Shown: in pieces, positions 6,595 to 15,143 of the stretch | Numbering within the stretch: position 1 is the first letter of the stretch | How the letters are laid out: every line of letters starts with the position of its first letter | Assembly (NCBI RefSeq): GCF_000025505.1 | Contig: NC_013849.1 | Coordinates: 51,250 to 83,249 of the forward strand | Direction of reading: 5' to 3' | Source of the DNA: Ferroglobus placidus DSM 10642 | Lineage (GTDB): Archaea > Halobacteriota > Archaeoglobi > Archaeoglobales > Archaeoglobaceae | DNA: 32,000 bases | Translations under genes and position numbers: made by a program | Notes under the pieces: model-generated | What the model saw: the letters and a program-made list of their open reading frames with translations, nothing else | Told to the model about the DNA's origin: nothing | The model's database searches: none

Positions 6595-6900
6595 CCTTTT
6601 AACGTGAAAGTTCTTTACGTCGTTGGAGTCGCTCCTCTCTTGGAGGAGATTATTCACAGAAGAATCGTTCTTCAGTTCTTTCTCAGCAAAAATCTGATGT
6701 TTGCCGGACTTGTCGTTTCGAGTTTAACCTTCGGCTTCCATCACGTAATTTTCGGCTGGGGATGGCTCAAGGCTGTGGACATGTTCTTTGTAGGCTTGGT
6801 GTTCGGAGTTGTCTATATCAAATACAAACTCTTCGGTAGCTGGTTAAGTCACTTTTCGAATAACCTGATGTCGATACTATTTACGATCTTAATGAGCTAA
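6595..6900 (+). pseudogene. 3' fragment of the CPBP (CAAX/Abi) intramembrane protease gene
   Basis: The track ORF 6538..6900 contains all CPBP motifs: APLLEEIIHRR (EExxxR), SLTFGFHHVIF (FxxxH) and WLSHFSNNL (HxxxN). It lacks the upstream TM helices and any credible start. Its first 19 codons ([19 protein letters not shown]) read out of the IS end. Confidence 0.7.
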
Positions 6901-7080
6901 TCTTTATTTTAATCTCCCCGAAATTTGAAACTTTCACATCTGAAATTTTAAAAATGAAAAAGGAGTGTAGAACTGGGAATAAAAGTTCCTTGTAAATCTC
7001 AGATGACTGAGCATTTTGCTTAGAACTTTGGCTGTTTTCTAAGTCTGTAATGCTTTTTAAAATTACGAGTTTGACGAAGG

Positions 7081-7088
7081 TTTATATA
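7081..7088 (+). promoter_or_regulatory. Candidate TATA box of the ABC transporter operon
   Basis: TTTATATA lies 36-43 nt upstream of ATG 7124. A GGTGGT ribosome-binding site sits 5 nt before the ATG. Confidence 0.35.
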
Positions 7089-7123
7089 CGACTATTAATC
7101 GTTTTAAATTTAGCGGTGGTACT

Positions 7124-8425
7124 ATGGGAAAGTTGAAAGTGTTGGTGGCTTTAGCTCTTGCAGTACTTATAATCGGATGCGCTCAGCAAGCGACGAAGCC
7201 GAAGGAAGAAGAGAAAGCTGAAGTTGAACCTATCGTCATCGGCTTACCACTGCCAATAAACTTCCCCGACGGCTACGCTCCCTATCGAGGGGCAGTTTTA
7301 GCTGCTGAAGAGATTAACGCTAAAGGAGGAGTCAACGTTGGCGGAGTGAAAAGACCGATTAAGCTTGAGCTGGTGGATACGAGAGACCTCGAGCCGGGAG
7401 TTCCGATTTCGGAAGCTTTAGCAGCGGTGGAGAAGTTAATTCTCGAAAAGAAAGTTCACGTTCTCGTTGGAGGACCCGCGAGAAGTGAAGCTGCTTTGGC
7501 AACTCTTGACATTGTTGCGAAGTATAAAGTTCCTTGGATCGTCAGCTGCGGAGTTTTGACGCCAGCTTTCCACAAGAGAATAGAGGAGAACTACGATAAA
7601 TACAAGTACGCTTTCAGGCTTAACGCTCACGCTGTATGGCTGGCTAAAGAAAACGTTGACATCTTGGAGAAGCTCAGGGAAAAGTACGGATTTGACAAAG
7701 TTTACGTGATGGTTCAGGATGTCGAGCATGCGAGAAAGTTCGGAGAAGTTATAGCGAAGATGCTTGAAGAGAAGGGATGGAAGGTAGTTGGTTTCGACAG
7801 GTATCCCACCGGAACGACGGACTTCTCTTCCGGATTGCTGAAGGCGAAAAGCGAAGATGCTGACATCCTTCTCATTCAGATGGATATGCCCGAAACAATG
7901 ACGTTGATAAAGCAGTGGGCTGATTTGAAGGTTCCGGCTTTGCCAATCGGATTCATAAGGGCTGCTCAGGAACAAAAAGCTTGGGAAGCTACTGAAGGAA
8001 AAGTGAACTACTTCGTAGTCTCAGCCGGAGCCTTCACCGGAAACGCTCCGTCAAATGCTACGGAGTGGACGATGAAGTTCTACAACGCTTACACCAAGAG
8101 ATGGGGAACTCCTCCACAAGGACACGGAACTTCAGCAAGCTATATGGCGATATACGTCGTTGCCGACGCGATTGAAAGAGCCGGTAGCTTGGATCCGGAC
8201 AAAATCGTCAAAGCTTTGGAAGAGACGGACATGATGGGAGTTTTCGGAAGAATCAGATTCGATCCGAAGAGCCATCAGGTGATTTTAGCAGAGGATCCGA
8301 AGGAAGGTGCGGTAACATGCTGGTTCCAGTGGCAGGACGGAAAGAGAGTGACGATATATCCTCCTTCGATTGCTGAGGGAGAGATAAAGCTCCCACCGTG
8401 GATGCTTGAAAAGGCGAAGAGGTGA
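7124..8425 (+). CDS. ABC transporter substrate-binding lipoprotein, LivK/BraC (Peripla_BP_6) family
   Basis: 433 aa. The signal peptide has a lipobox-like LIIGC. IVIGLPLPINFPDGYAPYRGAVLAAEEINAKGGV is typical of branched-chain amino acid/aromatic acid type binding proteins. It is the first gene of a 5-gene transporter operon. Confidence 0.85.
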   Translation: MGKLKVLVALALAVLIIGCAQQATKPKEEEKAEVEPIVIGLPLPINFPDGYAPYRGAVLAAEEINAKGGVNVGGVKRPIKLELVDTRDLEPGVPISEALAAVEKLILEKKVHVLVGGPARSEAALATLDIVAKYKVPWIVSCGVLTPAFHKRIEENYDKYKYAFRLNAHAVWLAKENVDILEKLREKYGFDKVYVMVQDVEHARKFGEVIAKMLEEKGWKVVGFDRYPTGTTDFSSGLLKAKSEDADILLIQMDMPETMTLIKQWADLKVPALPIGFIRAAQEQKAWEATEGKVNYFVVSAGAFTGNAPSNATEWTMKFYNAYTKRWGTPPQGHGTSASYMAIYVVADAIERAGSLDPDKIVKALEETDMMGVFGRIRFDPKSHQVILAEDPKEGAVTCWFQWQDGKRVTIYPPSIAEGEIKLPPWMLEKAKR

Positions 8426-8428
8426 AGT

Positions 8429-9307
8429 ATGGAAGCTCTTTTAAATTTTTTAATTTACGGTTTAGTGCAGAGCGCGTTTCTATCTCTTGTCGCTATAGGG
8501 TTTTCGTTAACCTACGGCATAAGCAGGCTGCCGAACTTCGCCCACGGAGCTTTGTACATTCTTGCAGGCTTTTTAATCTGGAACGGGCTTAACGTCTGGA
8601 AGATAGGCTATCTACCTTCGGTAGTTTTGGCAATAATTTTCACGGCTTTGATAGGCTATACTCTCTACTACGGAATAATCATAAGAGTTAGAGGAATGGA
8701 GGTTTCGGAGGTAATAGCAACCTTTGCTTTCAGCTTCGTAGTCGTTGAACTTCTCAGATACTTCGGCTTGTTCGGACTTTCCTACACTCTGCCACCATTT
8801 TTGAGGGGAAGCTTGGAATTTGCTGGAATTGTGTTGGATTACCAGAGACTGATAGTTATCGTATCTACTCTTGCCCTCGTCGCCTTCCTCTACCTCTTCA
8901 CCCACTACACGAAGACCGGTTTGGCTTTTAGGGCTATAGCTCAGGATGAGCAAGTGGCTATGATGCTGGGAATAGACTCGGACAGAGTTGCAGCTTTAAG
9001 CTTAGCTTTCGGTTCGGCTTTAGCAGCTTTAGCAGCAGCAATCTGGATTCCCGTAAGCCAGCTGGCATCTGAATCAGCGTTGGAAATACTCCTTTACGCT
9101 TTAGTTGTCAGCATTCTCGGCGGACTTGGAAGCGTGGCTGGAGTGATAGTAGCCAGTTTGATCATAGGCTACGCTCAAGTCTTTACGGCTTCGTTTATAG
9201 CTCCCCATTACCAGATGATAGTTGCTCTTGTTGCAATAATAATCCTGCTTCTTACCAAGCCTTCTGGCATATTCGGAAAGCAGAAAGAGCTGGAGGAGAG
9301 AGTATGA
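8429..9307 (+). CDS. livH: ABC transporter permease, LivH/BraD family
   Basis: 292-aa polytopic membrane protein with the FAHGALYILAGF and AIAQDEQVAMMLGID motifs typical of LivH. There is a 3-nt gap to the preceding gene and a 4-nt overlap with the next. Confidence 0.85.
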   Translation: MEALLNFLIYGLVQSAFLSLVAIGFSLTYGISRLPNFAHGALYILAGFLIWNGLNVWKIGYLPSVVLAIIFTALIGYTLYYGIIIRVRGMEVSEVIATFAFSFVVVELLRYFGLFGLSYTLPPFLRGSLEFAGIVLDYQRLIVIVSTLALVAFLYLFTHYTKTGLAFRAIAQDEQVAMMLGIDSDRVAALSLAFGSALAALAAAIWIPVSQLASESALEILLYALVVSILGGLGSVAGVIVASLIIGYAQVFTASFIAPHYQMIVALVAIIILLLTKPSGIFGKQKELEERV

Positions 9308-10311
9308 ACGAGCTGAGAAGGGAAAGAATAGATCGACCTATTAAAGCAAGGACAGATGACATATACGCTTTGATGAGCTATAGGGAGTTGAGCTACCTTT
9401 TACTTCCGAGAATTTTACCAGTAGCGATTCTTCTCCTACTCCCGCTGATAGTTCCCAACCTATACTACCTGAGAGTTCTCAACATAGCTTTATCTTTCGC
9501 GATCCTCGCGGCAAGCTGGGATTTCTTGGCAAATTACGTCGGATTGGTCTCTCTTGGTCACGCTCTCTTTTTCGGAATAGGCGCTTATACAGCCGGAGCT
9601 CTCTCAGCCTACTTCGACTTGCCTATCTTTGTCACGATACCCTTAGCAACTTTGGCTGGAGGTGCGATTTCAACAGCGCTAATCTACCCAACTTTGAAGG
9701 TTCGAGGAATATACTTCTCCCTTATAACCCTCGCGTTCCCCTTGCTTTTAGCCAGGTTAATAGAAGCTACGGACATCCTCGGCGGGACTCTCGGAATAAC
9801 CGACGTTGAAGGCTTTCCAAATCCGTGGATAGAAAGTTACCTACTAATCTTCTCGCTAATCGTCGTAGTTTTCGGATTGAGAAGGTTGCTTGGAGAAGAC
9901 CTCGGAATAGTCCTGAGGGCTATAAAGGACAACGACTTAACTGTGGAAGCTTCCGGAATCAACGTGAATAAGTACAGAGCTGTTGCGGTTTTCATCTCCT
10001 CAGCCATAGCATCTTTCGTTGGCGCTTACACAGCCCACTCCTACATGTTCGTCGGTTTGCCCTACCTCAATCTTGAGTACTCGATTTTCCCTATAGCAGC
10101 TACAGTCGTCGGAGGAATGAGCTCCATAGCCGGAGCTGCTATAGGAGCTTTCGTTCTCGTTCCGCTGAGCGAAATGCTGAGAGAATTCGGAACGTTGAGA
10201 ATAGCGATATACTCCCTTCTGCTAATGCTCTTCATAGCTCTTCGTCCCGAGGGAATCTACATGTTCCTCTGGAGGAAATATCACCAGATCGAGAGGTGGG
10301 TGAAAGCTTGA
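9304..10311 (+). CDS. livM: ABC transporter permease, LivM/BraE family
   Basis: 335-aa polytopic protein with GLVSLGHALFFGIGAYTAG and LRAIKDNDLTVEASGINV, typical of LivM. Confidence 0.85.
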   Translation: MNELRRERIDRPIKARTDDIYALMSYRELSYLLLPRILPVAILLLLPLIVPNLYYLRVLNIALSFAILAASWDFLANYVGLVSLGHALFFGIGAYTAGALSAYFDLPIFVTIPLATLAGGAISTALIYPTLKVRGIYFSLITLAFPLLLARLIEATDILGGTLGITDVEGFPNPWIESYLLIFSLIVVVFGLRRLLGEDLGIVLRAIKDNDLTVEASGINVNKYRAVAVFISSAIASFVGAYTAHSYMFVGLPYLNLEYSIFPIAATVVGGMSSIAGAAIGAFVLVPLSEMLREFGTLRIAIYSLLLMLFIALRPEGIYMFLWRKYHQIERWVKA

Positions 10312-11048
10312 TAAGAGTTGAAAATCTGACGAAGAGGTTCGGAGGAGTCGTTGCGGCAAACAACATAAGCTTTGAGGTGAAAAAGGGAGAGGTTCTCGGA
10401 ATTATAGGACCTAACGGGAGCGGAAAAACTACTGTGGTGAATCTCATAACCGGATTCATAAAGCCAGACTCTGGGAAAGTGTTTTTTGCCGGAAAAGATA
10501 TAACTTCAAAACCTCCCCACGAAATAGCTAACCTCGGCGTTGTTAGGACTTTTCAAAACGTCAGACCTTTCTACAACTTGCCAGCTTACAAGAATCTCAT
10601 AATTCCTCTTTACTCCCCAAGGGCTAAAAGCTTCGAAGAGTTCAAACATGGGGATAGAGACCACATAGCTTTGGATCTTCTTGAAGAGGTCGGATTCGAA
10701 AGAGATTCTCCGATTCCGTACAAACCAGCCTCAGCTCTACCTCACGGATACATAAAAAGGCTTGAGCTTGCGAGGGCTTTGGCTTTAAAGCCAGAAGTTT
10801 TGATTTGCGACGAACTTTTCAGCGGTTTGAGTCAGGCTGAAATAGCGAGCTTGCTGCCGATACTTGAAAAGCTAAACGAGAACGGTTTGACGCTTATAAT
10901 GGTAGAGCACAGACTCAAAGAGCTTTTCGAGTTAGCTGACAAAGTTGTGGTTTTGGAGTACGGGGAAAAGATAGCCGAAGGAAAGCCGGAGGAAATCGTT
11001 GAGGACGAGAAGGTTAAGGAGGCTTTTCTCGGTGCGGAGGTGATTTAA
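10296..11048 (+). CDS. livG: ABC transporter ATP-binding protein, LivG/BraF family
   Basis: Walker A is GPNGSGKTT, the signature-like segment is LPHGYIKRLELARAL, and Walker B is LICDE. The start is GTG 10296 or TTG 10308 (TTGA overlap with the livM stop). Confidence 0.9.
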   Translation: MGESLIRVENLTKRFGGVVAANNISFEVKKGEVLGIIGPNGSGKTTVVNLITGFIKPDSGKVFFAGKDITSKPPHEIANLGVVRTFQNVRPFYNLPAYKNLIIPLYSPRAKSFEEFKHGDRDHIALDLLEEVGFERDSPIPYKPASALPHGYIKRLELARALALKPEVLICDELFSGLSQAEIASLLPILEKLNENGLTLIMVEHRLKELFELADKVVVLEYGEKIAEGKPEEIVEDEKVKEAFLGAEVI

Positions 11049-11794
11049 TGCTTAAAACGAATGAGCTCACGGTGTTCTACGAAAACGCAATAGCCGTTAA
11101 CAACGTTGACATTGAGGTTGAGGAGGGAGAGATCGTCGGGTTATTCGGACCTAACGGAGCCGGAAAATCGACGCTGATGTACACGATTTCCGGGATAATA
11201 CTTGATAAGAAAAAGAAGGAGGAGATGAGGGGTGGAGAGAGAATAACGATTCTCGGAAGGATAGAGTACGAAAAAAAAGATATAACTTTTCTCAAGCCGA
11301 ATAAGAGAGCGGAAATGGGCATAATTCTCTGTCCGGAGAGAAGAAGGGTTTTTCCGGAAAGCAGCGTTGTTGAGAACTTGAAAATCGGAGGTTACCTTAG
11401 AAGCTGGAGGGAGGTGAAAGAAGATATAGAAAAGATGTTCGAGATATTTCCGGAGCTTGAAAAGCATAAAAACAAGCCTGCAGGCTTTTTAAGCGGAGGA
11501 GAACAGCAGATGCTTGCGATAGCGAGAGCTTTAATGGCGAAACCCAAGCTGTTACTTTTGGACGAACCCCTGCTCGGACTGGCTCCTCTCGTTCAAAAAA
11601 GGATAGTCGAAGTCGTAAAAAGAATAAGGGATGAGCTTGGAGTTACCGTCCTCGTGGCTGAGCAGTACGCGAGACCCGTCTTTCCGATAATCGACAGAGG
11701 TTACATCATCGAGCGGGGAACTATCTCCTTCTCCGGCACTTCCGAGGAGTTGATGAGTAACCCGAACGTTAAAGCAGCATATTTGGGGGTGTGA
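11048..11794 (+). CDS. livF: ABC transporter ATP-binding protein, LivF/BraG family
   Basis: Walker A is GPNGAGKST, the signature is LSGGEQQMLAIARAL, and Walker B is LLLDEP. It carries a Lys/Glu-rich insertion (LDKKKKEEMRGGERITILG) after Walker A. Confidence 0.9.
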   Translation: MLKTNELTVFYENAIAVNNVDIEVEEGEIVGLFGPNGAGKSTLMYTISGIILDKKKKEEMRGGERITILGRIEYEKKDITFLKPNKRAEMGIILCPERRRVFPESSVVENLKIGGYLRSWREVKEDIEKMFEIFPELEKHKNKPAGFLSGGEQQMLAIARALMAKPKLLLLDEPLLGLAPLVQKRIVEVVKRIRDELGVTVLVAEQYARPVFPIIDRGYIIERGTISFSGTSEELMSNPNVKAAYLGV

Positions 11795-11798
11795 GAGC

Positions 11799-13442
11799 AT
11801 GCTGAAAGATAATCTTCACGATAAAGTGCTGGAGATGACCGAGAAAGAAAAGACTGTTTTAACGAAAATTTACGAGATGAGCGAAAAGTATCCGGATCAA
11901 ACGGCGCTAATTTTCTTGGGAGAAAAGTACAACTACAAAAAGCTAATCAAACTAATAGAAAGCTTTTCTTCTGGAATTTCCGAGCTCGGAGTTAAAAAAG
12001 GAGATAGAGTAATGCTTTATCTTCCCAACTCCCCTCAGTTTCTCATCTCCTACTTCGGATTGATGAGGATAGGAGCTATTCCGGTGCCCGTCTCTCCCAT
12101 CTACACGAGTAACGAAATAAGGTACATGCTCGAAAACAGCGGAGCTAAAGTCGTTATCTGCAGCGATACGAACATAGGGTACGTTAGAGCCGTTGAAGAA
12201 GTTGGAGTTGAGAAAATCGTCGTTACGAACGTAGCTGATATGCTGCCAAAGTGGAAGAAAATTGTTGGAGAGCTTTTCGACAAAATTCCGAAGGGCAGCT
12301 ACGAAAAATCCGAGAAAGTATTTGAGTTCAAAAAACTGCTTAAAAAAGGAGAAAGCGTTGAAGAAGCAGAAATTGATCCGAAGAAGGATATAGCGCACAT
12401 TCTGTACACCGGCGGAACAACCGGAAGACCAAAAGGTGTCGTTCACACACACGCTTTTCTGCTAAGCGGAATAATCGGGTTGAGGGAGACTTACAAAGAA
12501 ATAAAAGAGCTTGAAAACAAGTTCGTCGTCGTCGTTCCCCTCTTCCACATGTTCGCATTGGACATGATAATGTCCACGACTCTCCACAAAGCCAACACCG
12601 CAATTTTGATGCCCAAGCCAAACATCGATGCAATCCTGGCGAGCATCGAGTACTACGAAGCTACTCTTTTTGCCGGAGTTCCGACTCTCTACAGGATGAT
12701 TCTCGAACACGATAGAGTCGACTATTACGACCTCTCCTCTCTCAAATTCTGCTGGAGCGCCGGAGACGTTCTTCCGGCTGAGGTTTACAAAATGTGGAAG
12801 GAGAAATTCGGAATTCCCCTCCACCAAGTTTACGGATCAACGGAAACCGTCGTCATTGCTGTAACGAGACTTTCTGAGGAGCCGAAGCTTGGTAGCGTTG
12901 GAAAGATAGTTCCGGGGAGAATCGCTAAGATTATCGATCCGGAAACGCTTGAGGAGGTTGAAGGGGAGGGGGAGTTGATCGTAACATCCGAATACCTCAC
13001 CATGGGTTATTGGAGAAACCCGGAAGAGACGGAGAAGGGATTCATAGAGAGCGGAGGTTATCTGTGGTGCAGAACCGGAGATTTCGTGAAAATTTACGAA
13101 GATAAGCTATATTTCGTCGATAGAAGGAAGGACATCATCAAGTACAAAGGGTACAGAATTGCGGCAAGTGAAGTTGAAGCTGTTTTGCAATCCCATCCGG
13201 CTGTTATTGCTGCAAGCGTTATTGGTGTACCAGACGAGAGAGTTGGAGAAAGAATTAAGGCTTTCGTGGTGTTGAAGGAGGACGCGAGAATTACAGCTCA
13301 TGATTTGAAGAGATGGTGCAGGGAAAGATTGGCACCTTACAAAGTTCCGGACTACATCGAGTTCAGGGACTTTCTTCCGAAGTCAAAAGTTGGAAAGATT
13401 TTGAGGAGAGAATTAAGAGATCAGGAACTCAGGAGGGGATGA
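11799..13442 (+). CDS. Acyl-CoA synthetase (AMP-forming), FadD-like medium/long-chain class
   Basis: 547 aa. The AMP-binding signature is YTGGTTGRPKGVVHTH, with YGSTE, the hinge TGDFV...DRRKDIIKYKGYRI, and a terminal PKSKVGKILRREL. It starts 4 nt after the livF stop, so it is the last gene of the transporter operon. Confidence 0.85.
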   Translation: MLKDNLHDKVLEMTEKEKTVLTKIYEMSEKYPDQTALIFLGEKYNYKKLIKLIESFSSGISELGVKKGDRVMLYLPNSPQFLISYFGLMRIGAIPVPVSPIYTSNEIRYMLENSGAKVVICSDTNIGYVRAVEEVGVEKIVVTNVADMLPKWKKIVGELFDKIPKGSYEKSEKVFEFKKLLKKGESVEEAEIDPKKDIAHILYTGGTTGRPKGVVHTHAFLLSGIIGLRETYKEIKELENKFVVVVPLFHMFALDMIMSTTLHKANTAILMPKPNIDAILASIEYYEATLFAGVPTLYRMILEHDRVDYYDLSSLKFCWSAGDVLPAEVYKMWKEKFGIPLHQVYGSTETVVIAVTRLSEEPKLGSVGKIVPGRIAKIIDPETLEEVEGEGELIVTSEYLTMGYWRNPEETEKGFIESGGYLWCRTGDFVKIYEDKLYFVDRRKDIIKYKGYRIAASEVEAVLQSHPAVIAASVIGVPDERVGERIKAFVVLKEDARITAHDLKRWCRERLAPYKVPDYIEFRDFLPKSKVGKILRRELRDQELRRG

Positions 13443-13922
13443 CTCAAAAATTTCGGGGGAGAAGCGGAACTTGTAAATGTCGTAGACGAACATTAGGTTG
13501 AGCTCGTCCACAAATTCCCCGTGCCTGTCTAAGAACTCGTGAATCCACATGGTAACCTCTTTAAAGCTTCTGAAAGCTGCTAACACCTTCCATCTTCTCA
13601 CCCCTCCAGTTACGGCGAACATAACAACGTGAGCTGAACCTATTAAATATTCATACGCTTTCTTCCATTTTTTGAAGTGGTGGTTGTTGAAGCTCATCTC
13701 GATAAAAGCGAAAATTAAGTTGTTCTCGTTTGGAATTATTACTTCCCTTATCGCACCGCTCTTTTTTAGTTCTTGCAAAATTCTCGCAACTCTCGTCAGA
13801 CTTATTTGTATTCCGTACTCTTTCAGCAAAATTTCTCTGAGCTCCTTGACGGTGACGTTCGGATTTTTCACCTTTTCTTTGATTATGATCGTCTTAACTT
13901 TATCCAGCTTCATACCTTTCAC
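13413..13922 (-). CDS. Lrp/AsnC-type transcriptional regulator (wHTH + RAM-like C-terminal domain)
   Basis: 169 aa. The N-terminal HTH is VTVKELREILLKEYGIQISLTRVARILQELKKSGAIRE. The C-terminal half has a beta-alpha-beta-like pattern (IFAFIEMSF...VLAAFRSFKEV). It overlaps the acyl-CoA synthetase stop by 30 nt (convergent). Confidence 0.65.
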   Translation of the reverse strand: MKGMKLDKVKTIIIKEKVKNPNVTVKELREILLKEYGIQISLTRVARILQELKKSGAIREVIIPNENNLIFAFIEMSFNNHHFKKWKKAYEYLIGSAHVVMFAVTGGVRRWKVLAAFRSFKEVTMWIHEFLDRHGEFVDELNLMFVYDIYKFRFSPEIFESSPPEFLIS

Positions 13923-13973
13923 CTTGCTTCTTAGTCACAAAGTGTTTAAAGGTGATAAAAAATTAATATTTAA

Positions 13974-15044
13974 TCATTTCGGAATCTTGAAAGGAGTTAA
14001 AGCTCGTTCCATGAGCAAATCGAAACCGCTCTTTTTGCCAATGACTGGCTCCTTCTTCTTTTGACTCCACACCGTCTCTGGACGAGCTTGAAGAATGAAA
14101 ACGTTCTTTGGGAAGTCGAAGTCTTTATCTATTGCCCACTCTATGTCCATTGGATGAGAGTAATGTTCCTCAATCTTCTTCCCTATCTCCGCCAAGTAAA
14201 CAATTTCCTCATCGCTCAAGGACGGCTTTTCCCTCAAATCCTCAGGAACTTCTTCGTGAACAACTTTCCCATCCTTGTAAACGCACCACACGAGTTTTGG
14301 AGAGATCGTTCTGTCCAATATTTCCTTCGTAACTTTATCTACGACGAACCTGTCTGGAGTTACCTCTCCACTTACAATAGCCTCTCCAAGCCCCCAAGCA
14401 GATTCGATAACGATCTGACTCTCATCTCCGTTTGTCGGATTGAGAGTGAACATAACTCCGCTGCTCCTCGAATTTACCATCTTCTGAACTACGACGGCGA
14501 TGGAAACCTCATAATGATCAAAACCTTTCGTCGCTCTGTAGGCTATCGCTCTCGGAGTGTAGAGACTGCTCCAGCACTTTAAAACGTGCTTCACTACTTC
14601 ATCCTCTCCTTTAATCCAGAGATAAGTTTCCTGCTGTCCGGCGAAACTTGCGTCGGGCACATCCTCTGCTGTTGCTGAGCTTCTTACAGCCACAGCCACT
14701 TCTTCGCCGACGATTTCGCACAGCTTTCTGTAAGCTTCTCTAATCTCTTCTTCGATTTTTTCCGGAATCGGAGTCGATTCCACAATCTCCCTCGCCAAAG
14801 CACTGACTTTTTCAAGCTCTTCCGTATTCTTTACGTCAACCTCGGATATTATCCTCGCTATCTGCGCTTTCTTCCCCCTCTCTTTCGCCCCTTCTAAGAA
14901 TTCCTCAAAAGCGTTTATTGTGATAACAAAGCCAGGTGGAATCGGAAAGCCAGCCTTTACCATCTCTCCTAAATTTGCCCCTTTTCCTCCTGCTATGCCA
15001 ACATCTTCTTTGCTTATTTCGTCAAACCACTTAACATACTTCAT
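13974..15044 (-). CDS. ATP-grasp nucleotide-binding subunit of a split PEP-synthase-like dikinase (PpsB-like)
   Basis: 356 aa. Residues FDEISKEDVGIAGGKGANLGEMVKAGFPIPPGFVIT, RSSATAEDVPDASFAGQQETYL and MDIEWA match the PPDK_N / PEP synthase N-terminal domain only. There is no His-swivel or TIM-barrel domain. A GGTGGT RBS precedes the ATG. Confidence 0.75.
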   Translation of the reverse strand: MKYVKWFDEISKEDVGIAGGKGANLGEMVKAGFPIPPGFVITINAFEEFLEGAKERGKKAQIARIISEVDVKNTEELEKVSALAREIVESTPIPEKIEEEIREAYRKLCEIVGEEVAVAVRSSATAEDVPDASFAGQQETYLWIKGEDEVVKHVLKCWSSLYTPRAIAYRATKGFDHYEVSIAVVVQKMVNSRSSGVMFTLNPTNGDESQIVIESAWGLGEAIVSGEVTPDRFVVDKVTKEILDRTISPKLVWCVYKDGKVVHEEVPEDLREKPSLSDEEIVYLAEIGKKIEEHYSHPMDIEWAIDKDFDFPKNVFILQARPETVWSQKKKEPVIGKKSGFDLLMERALTPFKIPK

Positions 15045-15094
15045 AGAGTACCACCTTCAACAATAGTCAATTATATATCGTTATATTTAAAACC

Positions 15095-15114
15095 TTGTCA
15101 AGTCTTAGCATTGA
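15095..15114. promoter_or_regulatory. Dyad motif copy A (TTGTCAA-N8-ATTGA) upstream of the PpsB-like gene
   Basis: TTGTCAAGTCTTAGCATTGA lies 51-70 nt upstream of ATG 15044. An A/T box TTATATTTAAAA (15081..15092) flanks it on the gene-proximal side. Confidence 0.45.
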
Positions 15115-15143
15115 TTAAAAATAATGGTGTAAAAAAAGTGGAG

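Noticed and set aside
6901-7010. Short repeats (GAAATTT twice, TGAAACTTTCA palindrome) and a 13-codon ATG ORF downstream of the CPBP gene
   Set aside because: These are very short AT-rich elements of the kind expected by chance in intergenic DNA. The mini-ORF has no ribosome-binding site.
7436-12827. Multiple 60-180-aa ORFs on the minus strand within the ABC transporter and acyl-CoA synthetase genes (for example 7436..7975, 8612..8953, 11952..12452, 12462..12827)
   Set aside because: All are antisense to genes with strong family motifs and have odd compositions and no motifs. They are typical shadow ORFs. The same applies to antisense ORFs elsewhere in the track (2580..3101, 14061..14582, 16419..17036, 19142..19447, 23604..25261, 27928..29100, 29478..30845, 31590..31868).
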